A DNA stretch of 46,438 bases from Octopus sinensis (GCF_006345805.1 NW_021834590.1:1-46438), one strand, 5' to 3'. Shown: positions 1 to 11,439, counted from the first letter of the stretch. The notes: generated by a model from the sequence alone, not told the origin. Numbers and translations: made by a program.

Positions 1-50
1 CGGGCCTTATGCCTAGAGTAGAAAAGAATATTGCCTTTCAAAAAAAAGGA

Positions 51-473
51 GACGAGCTGGTAGAAACCTGGCCACGTCGGGTGAAACGCCTTGCGGTATT
101 TCGGCGAACTGGCAGAAACGTTAGCACGCCGGGCGAAATGCTTAGCGGTATTTCGTCTGCCGCTACGTTGTGAGTTCAAATTCCTCCGAGGTCGACTTTA
201 CTTTTCATCCTTTCGGGGTCGATAAATCAAATACCAGTTACGCACTGGGGTCGATGTAATCGACTTAATACCTATGTCTGTCCTTGTTTGTCCCCTCTGT
301 GTTTGGCCCCTTGTGGGTAATAAAGAAATAGGTATTTCGTCTCTCTTTACGTTCTGAGTTCAAATTCCGCCGAGAGTCAATAAATTAAGTACCTGTTGCG
401 TACTGGGGTCGATCTAATCGACTGGCTCTTTCCCCCCAAATTTCGGGCCTTGTGCTTGGAGTAGAAAAGAATA
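51..473 (+). mobile_element. SINE family A (tRNA-like head), composite: old head + full copy + second partial unit
   Basis: GGCGAACTGGCAGAAACGTTAGC head, B-box-like GAGTTCAAATTC, body GTCGACTTT..TTTCATCCTTTCGGGGTCGAT; same sequence recurs more than 10 times in the window. Confidence 0.85.
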
Positions 474-917
474 TTCACGTCACACTTCATAGGCGACTTT
501 TTTTCTCCTTTTTTCTCTAACGTAGCATAGATCAAATATGAAACTATCCGTGATGGATTATTCCAGAAAAAAATATAAACAACCACATCGAAGGGATATT
601 ATCTAAAATGATATCTGCAGAAATCAAAACAAATACTAAAGGATATGTTACAGATGAGCTTCTTCTTCGATAGTTAAAGTACTTCTGCCTCTAAAGAGCT
701 CTATAACATAAGAACGAGAACTCGCCTTTGTCATTAAGAAAAGAAAATGAAAGACATTGACACTTTTTAATACGAAATATTTTAATCTGGTGACTAATAT
801 GGAATTCTGTAGGCGCGTAACTCTCGTGGGGAAAACGAAAATTATATTGAGAAAATTAAGAATACTTAAGTCTTTCGTGTTCTCTGAAAAAATAACCTAT
901 ATATATAAGAAACATTT

Positions 918-1232
918 TATTTATTTGTGCGCTCTTTTAAAGCCTAACCAGGGTCAAGGGCCCGGTTTCCCCAGTTTCTGTGGCGTATGTGTTCCCCCCA
1001 CCAGCTGGACGCGACGCCAGTCCATCGCAGCGTTACTGAAGAAACAGGAAGAGAGAGTGAGAGAAAGTTGTGGCGAAAGAGTACAACAGGGGTCGCCACC
1101 ACCCGCTGCCGGAGCCTCGCGAGCTTTTAGGTGTTTTCGCTCAATAAACACACACAACGCCCGGTCTGGGAATCGAAACCGCGATCTCCGACCGCGAGTC
1201 CGATGTCCTAGCCACTGGGCCATTGCGCCTCC
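918..1232 (-). mobile_element. SINE family B (tRNA-Arg-like head), tail type 1
   Basis: Reverse complement starts GGAGGCGCAATGGCCCAGTGGCTAGG..ACTCGCGGTC..GTTTCGATTCC (A/B-box-like); colinear with 29693-30006. Confidence 0.85.
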
Positions 1233-1344
1233 TATATAAGAAATAGTTCTTATTAAATATAAAGAAATAGATAGGGAAAAAAATCACAAAACAAATAATA
1301 ATTCGGAAACGTTTAAGCAAACTTATGACGTTTATACCGACGCT

Positions 1345-1980
1345 ATAGAAATACATTCTTCCACTGCTCTAGGGAACAATTCAGAAGATTTTTACTCCAC
1401 TCTAAACGTTTTGCAACATTTGTTTTTGAAAGTAGTGGTTTTCTGATTGCAGCCCTCCCGTTAAATCCGACTTTGTGCAGCTCCCTGCGAACAGTTTTTG
1501 TGGAAACTGTGTTCTCGAGGTGGTAATTAAGCTCAGCAGTAATTTTGGGAGCTGTAATTTTGTGATCCATTCTAACAATTCGCGTAAAGAATGCGACGGT
1601 CCCTATCTGAAAGTTTTGGTTTTCTTCCGGAGTTTTGTGTCGACGAGTATGTTTTTCTCACTTTCTCAAAGGCTGTTATTACTTCCAAGACTACTTCTTG
1701 ATACATCAAACATTTTAGCTGTTTTCGTTACGCTAGCGCCTGCCATATGAGCACCAACAATTTGACCTCATTGAAAGTTCGACAGATCTGTAATCTTAAT
1801 GAATTTTAATTACCTTTTCTGGATGATAACCAAAAAGAATCAGTAATTTTAGCAAAACATATTAAGCAACACTAATAATAAATCAAAAGACAGAAAAATA
1901 AACAAGCCTTTGACGGTTTTATAGATATTTCAAAATTATGATGCTATGATGCTAGGTGTTTCCATTATTTTTTCCAGCCC
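1345..1980 (-). mobile_element. Tc1-like DNA transposon, 5' part (TIR + degraded transposase N-terminus)
   Basis: Translation across frameshift/stop: DLSNFQ*GQIVGAHMAGASVTKTAKMFDVSR...NSGRKPKLSDRDRR...ITAELNYHLENTVSTKTVRRELHKVGFNGRAAIRKPLLS (Tc1/Tc3 HTH region); TIR-like GGGCTGGAAAAAATAATGGAAACACC at 1955-1980; no DDE domain present. Confidence 0.9.
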
Positions 1981-1985
1981 ACCCC

Positions 1986-2059
<74 letters not shown>

Positions 2060-2063
<4 letters not shown>

Positions 2064-2101
2064 CTGACGATGAGCAATACACTCAGAAACATATGTCTTC
2101 A
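2060..2101 (+). ncRNA. Minimal type I hammerhead ribozyme
   Basis: TGAA-CTGACGA-TGAG(caataca)CTCA-GAAA-C(ATAT)G-TC^-TTCA; intact core, GUC cleavage predicted after 2097. Confidence 0.8.
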
Positions 2102-2263
2102 GGTGTCTCGTTCCGGTTTGCGGGGGTGACTGCCTCCCCTTTGCAAATATAAGGACACAGAAAACGTGTCAAAGCCGACAGGAGACGTCGATGTTTCCTT
2201 GGGCTAAATGGCGGTGGTGTAATTCCCTTACGGGTCTGTCACATTGAGTTGACAGTAAACGAC

Positions 2264-2300
<37 letters not shown>

Positions 2301-2304
<4 letters not shown>

Positions 2305-2342
2305 CTGACGATGAGCAATACACTCAGAAACATATGTCTTCA
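2301..2342 (+). ncRNA. Minimal type I hammerhead ribozyme (second copy)
   Basis: Identical to 2060-2101; cleavage predicted after 2338. Confidence 0.8.
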
Positions 2343-2530
2343 GGTGTCTCGTTCCGGTTTGCGGGGGTGACTGCCTCCCCTTTGCAAATATAAGGACACA
2401 GAAAACGTGTCAAAGCCGACAGGAGACGTCGATGTTTCCTTGGGCTAAATGGCGGTGGTGTAATTCCCTTACGGGTCTGTCACATTGAGTTGACAGTAAA
2501 CGACTACTATATATATATATATATATATAT

Positions 2531-2850
2531 AAACTTAGATATGTTTCGACCAAAGATTGGTCCAGGCCATGTCTAACTTAATAGCACCACCTGATAGGAT
2601 TATCTAAATCCTGTCTAAGTCAAGTTTTGTTTATGGTCCATTCAAGTAGTGAGTTTTTGTTGGGTGAGTTGTATCCAATTATGGGTGGCTTATCTGGTAT
2701 TCCTTGAAGGAATCTATCCTGACTCCGTTGATGGGATCCTTTTCCTCTTTGATCTTATTCGGGACAATGTTAAATAAGGCAGGGCCTGTTGAGGAAAAGA
2801 AATTATGTTGCAGTGTACATGTATGCTGTGATCTTGAATTGGTCCCAGTC
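2531..2850 (-). mobile_element. CR1-group LINE 3' end (ORF2 C-terminus + 3' UTR stem-loop)
   Basis: Minus strand encodes TGPALFNIVPNKIKEEKDP / GIPDKPPIIGYNSPNKNSLLEWTINKT*, then hairpin GACCA-ATCTT-TGGTC and TCTAAGTTT tail; (TA)n on both sides. Confidence 0.7.
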
Positions 2851-2970
2851 TATATATATATATATATATGCATAAACGCACATTAGATAAATAATACATA
2901 TTGATTATATAAATTTTCAGTTTGAATTCAAAATACGGTTTTAAATTCACTGTTAATACGAAAGCTTTAA

Positions 2971-3191
2971 CCCCTTACCCGGCAGAAACGAATATATGCG
3001 TTTTGACCGAAATCGTTTTTTTCTATCTCTGGCGAGTTAACTCGTCAAAAGATTTTAAAAGATTAAAATTCATAATAAATAAGGTTTGAAATATACCTCG
3101 AAATCACCATTCAAAACATAGTAAAATAAAACAATTAAAAAATATGTCTGAAAAAATATATCTATTTTCAAAATAATTGTTGGGTAAGGGG
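2971..3191. mobile_element. piggyBac-type MITE (221 bp)
   Basis: TTAA at 2967-2970 and 3192-3195 flanking TIRs CCCCTTACCC / GGGTAAGGGG. Confidence 0.85.
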
Positions 3192-3881
3192 TTAAAACAA
3201 TGGAAACTGTAAAGTGATTTATTTTTATATATTTTGACAATTTACTTAAACAATTTATTTAAAACAATTACCGAAATTCTTTTCTCACCAATAGTAACAG
3301 GTTTTAGAGAGTGAAAAATGATGATAGTCAAGTAAAGTCACTAAATAACATTTATCTTGGACCAGTCTTCTTTTTCTCTTTCTTCTTCTTCTTATAAGAC
3401 AAGTAAAAAGAGATAGAAAACAAAATCGTCATGAAATCTACTTTAAAAATACAAACACCCTGGCTAATGAACAAAACCCTATGAATAATTAAATAAATGA
3501 ATCAATTAATTAATTTCTAAAACCTGATAGGAAGAGAAAAACCTCTTCTGGTATGTTTGAATATTAGCATAATTGTCTATGTATAAAAGTGAAAGAATGG
3601 ACTTCAATAATTTATTTTATTCTCATTAAGACACGAAAATTACCATTTTTGGCAAATAATTTACGAAGGTAAAATGTTAAACGGGAAATAATATTACCAA
3701 AGACAGTAAATGCTCGTAATTCAACAAGTGATACCAGTGTTGCCTATTTTCCTATAGATAATGAAATGAAAGTTTATATAAAAACAAAACTTACGTTTGT
3801 TAATTGTCTAAATTGGTGGGGTTTTATTATTGGTTGTTAGATGTATATAAACACAACATGCCAGAACTGTTGAGAAGCAGT

Positions 3882-4117
3882 GGCGGCGAGCTGGCAGAAT
3901 CGCTAGTACGCCGGACGAAATGCTTAGCAGTACTTCGTCTGCCGCTACGTTCTGAGTTCAAATTCCGCCGAGGTCGACTTTGCCTTTCATCCTTTCGGGG
4001 TCGATTAAATAAGTACCAGTTACGCTCTGGGGTCGATATAATCGACTTATTCCGTTTGTCTGTCCCTGTTTGTCCTCTCTGTGTTTAGCCCCTTGTGGGC
4101 AGTAAAGAAATAGGTAT
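3882..4117 (+). mobile_element. SINE family A, full length
   Basis: GGCGGCGAGCTGGCAGAA head through AAAGAAATAGGTATT. Confidence 0.9.
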
Positions 4118-4244
4118 TGTGGTCAGCAGTTTATATTTATATATAGTTAATCCAAACAAGAAAGCACAAAAAAAACACAACAACGAGAGGACGTGGAACA
4201 AATATAGTATTATTGGACGCTCAGGAAAGAAGGAAAGAAGGAGG

Positions 4245-4279
4245 GTTTAACGTTTCGAGCGGAGCTCTTCGTCGGAAAC
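4245..4279 (-). ncRNA. Minimal HHR-like motif (U4C core variant) in a short TA-flanked element (~4146-4318)
   Basis: Reverse complement GTTT-CCGACGA-A-GAG(ctccg)CTC-GAAA-CGTT^-AAAC; stems I and II pair, stem III is the loopless palindrome AACGTT. Confidence 0.6.
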
Positions 4280-4315
4280 ATAGGAGAAGGAAAGATCCAG
4301 AGAAGGGAAGACAGA

Positions 4316-4446
<131 letters not shown>

Positions 4447-4669
4447 GTTTGATTTGACTCCATCTGGGTCACGATTTAGTAAACGTTATATTTTGGGAAA
4501 CAAATCTTATAACCATCCACCGTACATAATTCACATTTAGAATTTCTGACATATGATTTAGCTTTACAAAAGCTATTCCATGTTAAGAAATATGTAAGTG
4601 TCTAAATTTACTCCCAGTATCCATGGGAGGGCACATATGAGGCTGGATTATTCTTAGTAAATATATGTA

Positions 4670-5030
4670 TGCATGTATGGTCATCCTAAGATTACGTATG
4701 AGTGATATCAGAATTCCTAAGCAACATCTCTTTGGCTAATTCCCAATAGGAAGGTCAGTTGGAAGGCCACTCTCGTGCTTCAAAGACAAGCTAAAAGACA
4801 ATCTGAAACGATAAAACATTCCCTTTTCTTCCTGGCAGAACAAATCGTCAGAATGCAGGACTTGGCGCCAGTTTTTCTTCTTCTCAGTTCAAGGATTTGA
4901 CCAAATTGGACTCCAGCATCGGGAACAACTTCGTGCAAACTTGGAGGCACGCTGGCTGAACGTTGCTTCCCTAAACAGAGACCTTACCTGTCATTGCGGT
5001 TTTGTGGCGCGAAGCAAAGCAACCCTTTGC
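4670..5030 (+). mobile_element. RTE-clade LINE 3' fragment, degraded
   Basis: RMSDIRIPKQHLFG*FPIGRSVGRPLSCFKDKLKDNLKR*NIPFSSWQNKSSECRTWRQ resembles the RTE ORF C-terminal RMxDxRIPKQ..GRP..KD..W..WR pattern. Confidence 0.75.
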
Positions 5031-5124
5031 AGAGAGTAAAAAAAAGTAGATCATTATAGCAGGAATGTGCATGTTATTCACTTCTTCCTGATTCATCTAC
5101 TGAAGTACGAATTAGATTGCTAAA

Positions 5125-5823
5125 CATTTTCGGTATGCAAATTAGGGACTCCTGGCATAGAATTAGCTGTTATATTTGTTGAGTATATATAGAGTTTATA
5201 GAGCGGTTAAAAATGTTCGGTATGCAAATTAGGGAATCCAGCATAGAATTAACTGCTGTATTTGATGAGTATACATAGAGTTTATAGAGCGGTTAAAAAT
5301 GTTCGGTATGCAAATTAGGGAATCCAGCATAGAATTAACTGCTGTATTTGATGAGTATACATAGAGTTTATAGAGCGGTTAAAAATGTTCGGTATGCAAA
5401 TTAGGAACTCCAGCATAGAATTAACGGGTGTATTTGATGAGTTTATAGGGTGGTTAAAATTTTTCGGTATGCAAATTAGGGACACCAGCATAGAATTAAC
5501 TGCTGTATTTGATGAGTTTATAGAGTGGTTAAAATTATTCAGTATGCAAATTAGTGACTCCAGCATAGAATTAACTGGTGTATTTGTTGAGTATATATAG
5601 AGTTTACAGAGCGATTAAAATTTTTCGGTATGCAAATTAGGGACACCAGCATAGAATTAACTACTGTATTTGATGAGTTTATAGAGTGGTTAAAATTTTT
5701 CGGTATGCAGATTAGGGACTCCGGCATAGAATTAACTGCTGTATTTGTTGAGTATATATAGAGTTTATAGAGCGGGTAAAATTTTTCGTTATGCAAATTA
5801 GGGACTCCAGCATAGAATTAACT
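5125..5823. repeat. Minisatellite with mixed 75-bp and 86-bp units (~8.5 units)
   Basis: Unit anchors at 5131, 5218, 5304, 5390, 5465, 5540, 5626, 5701, 5787; long units carry an extra 11 bp (ATATATAGAGT-like). Confidence 0.95.
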
Positions 5824-6014
5824 GATGTTATCCAAGGGAAAGGCAAAGGTCGATACAGCTTGGCACCAGCGACGTTGCAAGTCAATTCTACAGCTGGAGT
5901 GAACTGGAGCAACGTAAAATAAAGTGTCTTGCTCAAAAACACAACACAGCACGGTCTGGGAATCGAACTCCATACCTCATGATTGTGAGCCCGATGCTCT
6001 TACCACTGAGCCAT
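5824..6014 (-). mobile_element. tRNA-derived SINE with CORE-like middle segment
   Basis: Reverse complement ATGGCTCAGTGGTAAGAGC..GAGTTCGATTCCCAGACC..TTGAGCAAGACACTTTATTTTACGTTGCTCCAG. Confidence 0.7.
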
Positions 6015-6394
6015 AATCGACCAAAAGTCTTTAGTATCGGTTTTTTTTTGCTTTTGTTTTTTTGTAAAGAAATTGTATACTTTGAACCACATGATCGAAT
6101 GAACACGTTTTAGGATGGCAGAGTTTGATATTGTGAGGAAAATACCTACAGCTTATAGCATATTCAACGACTATTCCAAGGTTGTGTATTTGGCCCAATT
6201 AACTGACCTATGTAAAGGACTGAAAGTACTTAAAGATCATTTGCTAGCATGGTTGAAGTCCAAGAACTGAATCCTGTAAAGTTACTATAAGAAATGTGTT
6301 TTTAGTTGTTGAACTACCATTTGAATGTGCAGCTGTTGTTGTTGCCTGGGGTGCGCCAAACATATCTTATTAATTTGTATACTTATGTTTATGT

Positions 6395-6772
6395 GGAGGC
6401 ACAATGGCCCAGTGGTTAGGGCAGCGGACTCGCGGTCATAGGATCGCGGTTTCGATTCCCAGATCGGGCGTTGTGAGTGTTTATTGAGCGAGAACACCTA
6501 AAGCTCCACGAGGCTCCAGCAGGGGATGGTGGTGATCCCTGCTGTACTCTTTCACCACAACTTTCTCTCACTCTTACTTCCTGTTTCTGTTGTACCTGTA
6601 TTTCAAAGGGCCGGCCTTGTCACTCTCTGTGTCACGCTGAATATCCCCGAGAACTACGTTAAGAGTACACGTATCTGTGGAGTGCTCAGGCACTTACACG
6701 TTAATTTCACGAGCAGGCTGTTCCGTTGATTCGGATCAACCGGAACCCTCATCGTCGTAACCGATTGTTTTT
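6395..6772 (+). mobile_element. SINE family B, tail type 2
   Basis: Same head as other B copies; tail colinear with 32398-32789. Confidence 0.9.
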
Positions 6773-6949
6773 TAGACTCTCATGTGTGATTTCTTGGCGG
6801 TTTTGCTACTATTTCTAGTATTTTCAGCCACTGTGTAATGGTTTGTCGCTAGTCCGTTAAGATCTTTATGTTCCGTGAAGAGGAAGGAGAAAATAGACAG
6901 AGAATGTGTCATTAAAGGAAGTTATAAGAACTTATTCAAAGTATACTCA

Positions 6950-7195
6950 AATACACACACAGAAACATGCACACATATATCCCATGTGTGTGAGTATGTG
7001 TGTACATATATACGAAGAGGCATGTGTATATATTTACATATATATATATGAATAAATCTATACAGAGGCACACACACACGTATACATATGTGTATATATG
7101 AATATATATGTAATATCTATAAATGTTCTCACACATACACGCACATACATACATACATACATATATATAGATATAATGTATATACATACATACAT

Positions 7196-7249
<54 letters not shown>

Positions 7250-7254
7250 GTATG

Positions 7255-7293
<39 letters not shown>

Positions 7294-7450
7294 ATATATA
7301 CATATGTATATATACATATATATTTGTTTGTATATGCATATATATGTGTGTGTGTGTATGTATATATATATAAACGCATATGTGCATGTGTGTATGTGCA
7401 TGTATGTGTGTATGTGTGTGTGTATATGTGGGTGTATACATGTATGCATT
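6950..7450. repeat. Compound (TA)/(CA)/(ATAC)/(TG) microsatellite
   Basis: Seen directly. Confidence 0.95.
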
Positions 7451-8039
7451 CGTTTACATGGCACGCAAGGTGGCATTTTACCTTTTTTTATTTTATTTTA
7501 TTTTTTGTTTTTTTTTTATTATATTTTTCCCGTCTTTGGAACGAACAAAGATTAAAGAGATATTTAAGATAAGAATTATTGCTGATAAACGATGACAATA
7601 TCAGTAATAACAACAACAACTACAACAACAACACCAACCACCAACCACTACAACAAATACTATACTACAAGAACACAACCGTCAACGACCACATACAGCA
7701 GAAGCAAGTGCAATGACAATAATTACAACAAAGAGAATAAAATATCAGTTAATTTCCTCTCAGCATTCAAAATGATTTTTTTATTACCTTTTGATTATTT
7801 TTTTGTTGATTTTATCGTTGTTGTTGTTTTTCTACGTTCTTTTTATGAGTTCATTTAGTTGTTTTTTTGTGTTTTTTGTTTTTCATGCCTTTTCCTTCTA
7901 TTTTGATAATGGCTGAATTCCGCTCACTGTTCTCTCTCTCTCTTTCTCGCTCTGTGTCTGTATGTCTATCTCTCTATCTCACTTTCTCTTTCTATCTCTC
8001 TCTCTCTCTTCTCTCTGCCTGTCTCTCTGTCTCTCTGTC

Positions 8040-8108
<69 letters not shown>

Positions 8109-8584
8109 AAGCCCAAATAAACAAGACAAACATCAACAATGTTCGTCGTTCTGTAATTAGGGGAGAGTTTCTTTCATCCTGCAAGCTCGAAAGGCTTTTT
8201 TTCATTTTTTTTTATAAATACCAAAAAAAAAAAAAGAAAGAAAGAAAGACATGGAGTGGTCATAGCTGGAACGCCTTTGATCATAAATTTGCTTGGTCAG
8301 GATTAATCTGGTTTGAAATTTCAACAATAACAATGAGGATTCCATATCGTTGCCACTCGGCCTGAAATAAATAGCAGCGATATATCCCTCAAATACGTTC
8401 CCATAAAAGTCTAAAAACATACTGTAGTAATTTTGGATGTGCCCACTCTGAAAAAAAACAAAAAAACAGTGATGATCATGGTTGGAACGCCTTTAATCAT
8501 ATCTATTCGTTCAATATCAATGTAGGTGTGTTTATGTTTTCGCTCTCGGTCTATAGAAACAGCAACAAAATCTCCTTCAAAAAA

Positions 8585-8810
8585 TACCTATTTCTTTACT
8601 ACCCACAAGGGGTTACACACAGAGGGGACAAACAAGGACGGATTAAGTCGATTATATCGACCCCAGTGCGTAACTGGTACTTATTTAATCGACCCCGAAA
8701 GGATGAAAGGCAAAGTCGACCTCGGCGGAATTTGAACTCAGAACGTAGCGGCAGACGAAATGCCGCGAACAGTTCACCCGGCGTGCTAACGTTTCTGCCA
8801 GCTCGCCGCC
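8585..8810 (-). mobile_element. SINE family A, full length
   Basis: Reverse complement matches family A. Confidence 0.9.
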
Positions 8811-8871
8811 TTAAATACGTTGGAATACTACTAGTACAAAGTGATGTTTTCTAGATGGTTTTCCATATATT

Positions 8872-9020
8872 TAGCCCTAGGAAGCATCGACGCTTCCTGT
8901 CGGCCTTGACACATATCCTTTGTCCTTATATATTTACGAAGGGGAGACAAACACCCCCAACAGCTAGGCCTGCATCTAGAAACATGCATGTTTCTGGGTC
9001 TTGCCCGTCATCAGTCTAGA
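8872..9020 (-). mobile_element. Diverged relative of the 2061-2266 HHR element, 3'-truncated
   Basis: Shares ATAAGGACA..GTGTCAAG(G)CCGACAGGA..CGTCGATG.TTCCT.GGGCTAAAT with 2150-2210. Confidence 0.8.
8975..9020 (-). ncRNA. Type I hammerhead ribozyme
   Basis: Reverse complement TCTAGA-CTGATGA-CGGG(caaga)CCCA-GAAA-C(ATGCAT)G-TT^-TCTAGA. Confidence 0.75.
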
Positions 9021-9127
9021 CTTTGTACATATATATATTTTCAGTGAAGTTTATTCACTGATCACCAAAATCAGAAATATTAAATTTCTAAATATCTCAT
9101 AGAGATATGTGCGGTGGTGGAGCGATA

Positions 9128-9302
9128 GAGTGGTTGTATACTGTTAACTTAACGTGACAGTCCCCTTCGTAAATATATAAGGACACAGGAAATGTGTCAA
9201 GGCCGACAGGAAGCGACGATGATTCCTAGGGCTAAATAGCGGTAGTGTAATTTCCCTTTACGGCACTGTTACGGTAAGTTGACAGTATATAACCACACTC
9301 TC
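9128..9302 (+). mobile_element. 5'-truncated member of the same HHR family with an inverted copy of its 3' end at the 5' side
   Basis: Body 9162-9264 homologous to 2128-2235; 9128-9161 is the reverse complement of 9265-~9300 (4 mismatches, small indel). Confidence 0.75.
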
Positions 9303-9480
9303 TCTATGTATATATATTTAATTTGTGTATTCGCATAATTGCCTCCGTATCTGCTCCCCTTATAGTCACTCTTTTTTCGCCCCGTGGGATTTGTCCCTCG
9401 TAAAGACATCTGAGTCTAAGTTCGATTCATCTCAGCCTTACTAAGTGTTTTCTATTCAGAGAATCTCCGAATCACATGTA

Positions 9481-9518
<38 letters not shown>

Positions 9519-9794
9519 TAGATTAGAGAAAAAAAACACTATTCGGCAATTCAAACAGTGAAAAACATAAACCAAAACATAGAAATAAAATCAATTTATA
9601 TAAAATATAAAATTCAAAATTTAAATAATTTAAATTTAAAGTTAAGAATTTAAAAATATTAATTTATATTTATAAATTTTATATATATGTATTTATTTTT
9701 ATTTTATTAAATATATATAACTATCAAAAAGTATAAAAAGTTATATATATATATATATACACATACAAACATACATACATGCATAAATATATAT

Positions 9795-9887
<93 letters not shown>

Positions 9888-10250
9888 ATGTATATATGTC
9901 TGTGTATGTCATTTCGCTTGTATTTGTTTTCTTTCTACTTACCTTTTGGAAACTGGTGTTGGCTTGTTTATCTCATCGTAATGTAACAGTCGGGCAAAAG
10001 TGACCGATATATTAAGTATCATATATAGAAAAAAAAAATAGAAAAAAAAACTTACATTTGGGTCGATTTGTCGGACTAAACCCTTCAAAGTAGTGCTCCA
10101 GCTTAGCCGCAGTCCAATTACTAAAACAAGTAAGAGATAAAAGACATTGTGAGTTTGATTGGCGCTAAGCTTTGTGATCGAACTGTGCCAGTGTTCATCG
10201 TATGGTTTGAACCATTTTTTCAAACGGTTAACCTGCGGATTACCTTTACC

Positions 10251-10477
10251 GGCGAGCTGGTAGAAACGTTAGCACGCCGGGTGAAATGCGTAGCCGCATT
10301 TCGTCTGCTGTTACGTTCCGAGTTCAAATTCCGCCGAGGTCGACTTTGCCTTTCATCCTTTCAGGGTTGATAAATTAAGTACCAGTTACGCACTGGAGTC
10401 AATGTAATCCACTTAATCTCTTTGTCTGTCCTTGTTTGTCCCCTCTGTGTTTAGCCTCTTGTGGGTAGTAAAGAAAT
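10251..10477 (+). mobile_element. SINE family A, full length
   Basis: Matches family A. Confidence 0.9.
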
Positions 10478-11118
10478 GTATATCTGGAATAGTCAGCCAT
10501 GTACTTCATTTTTTGACAATAGACCACTATGGTTTAAGAGAGACCCAGGAGAATTCCCTCCACCTGACTGGCACTTTATTTTGCAGATTCTAAAAGCATG
10601 AAAGGCAAAACAGACCTCGTCAGAATTTCATCTCAGAACGTAAAGTATCGTGGTCGCGAATGAAATAAACACTCCCTGCCTCACATTGCTTTGATTAATT
10701 ATTAGATGCGGACCACCATTTTGAATATCGGATTATCGGAAGGACGGTGATGTTAATCTTATTATCGCGTCTCAACTAGTGTCTTTTTTTATAGCTAAAC
10801 ACCTGGGGAATAGCTTACCGTGAGATCTGTTTGATTTTTTTAAATGCCTATTGCTATTCCTCTTATGTACATACATTTGTGTGTATGTGTGTGTGTGCAT
10901 GTATGCGTGTACGTGTAGTTTTATATATTCATCATGAAGTAATTTCACCGAATGGATCTTCTGCATTTGAGCTGCATGGAAGCTATACATTGCATTTCTC
11001 TGTAATGCATTATTATGTGGACTGATAGCCGAGTCCGTTAAGAGCAGCTTTATTTGATGGACACGCGATTCTCTGAATATACTTATACTACAAATCTATC
11101 AACAAATCTATACTACAA

Positions 11119-11207
<89 letters not shown>

Positions 11208-11264
11208 ATTATTCCTCTCCTCCTCTCTCTCTCACTTTATATATATATATATATTTATATGCTT

Positions 11265-11420
11265 GCGCAGTGATGGCTGTGTGGGTAAGACGCTTGATTC
11301 CAACCAGATGGCTTCGGGTTCAATCCTACAGCGTGGCGCTTTAGACAAGTGTCTTACAGCCTGGGGCTAAAGACTCGTGAGTGGATTTAGTAGACGGAAA
11401 CTGAAAGAAGCTTGTCGCAT
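11265..11420 (+). mobile_element. SINE family C, old 5' half
   Basis: GGCTGTGTGGGTAAG..GGTTCAATCC..GACAAGTGTCTT..GTGAGTGGATTTAGTAGACGGAAACTGAAAGAAG. Confidence 0.7.
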
Positions 11421-11439
11421 ATATATATATCTTTCATAA

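Larger units (their letters stand above)
2060..2507 (+). mobile_element. Tandem dimer of a 206-bp HHR-bearing non-coding element (period 241 bp including the TA spacer); retrozyme-like
   Basis: 2061-2266 and 2302-2507 appear identical, separated and flanked by (TA)n. Confidence 0.85.

Noticed and set aside
2531-2600. Hairpin + GAAAC motif (also 14400-14470, 28723-28790) resembling a hammerhead
   Set aside because: No CUGANGA in any of three copies and no helix III; it lies downstream of a CR1-type ORF2 C-terminus, so it is better read as a LINE 3' UTR stem-loop
5125-5823. CRISPR-like periodicity (also 28815-29058)
   Set aside because: Whole units repeat with no unique spacers, no cas genes, eukaryotic context
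5315-5942. Repetitive ORFs across the minisatellite
   Set aside because: Open only through the 75-bp units and broken by the 86-bp units; no domain similarity recognised
6115-6270. 51-aa ORF MAEFDIVRKIP...
   Set aside because: Short, no recognisable homology, no supporting splice or promoter context
6395-6470. tRNA-Arg-like and other tRNA-like sequences at SINE heads
   Set aside because: No complete acceptor stem; they continue into SINE bodies with TSDs, so not tRNA genes
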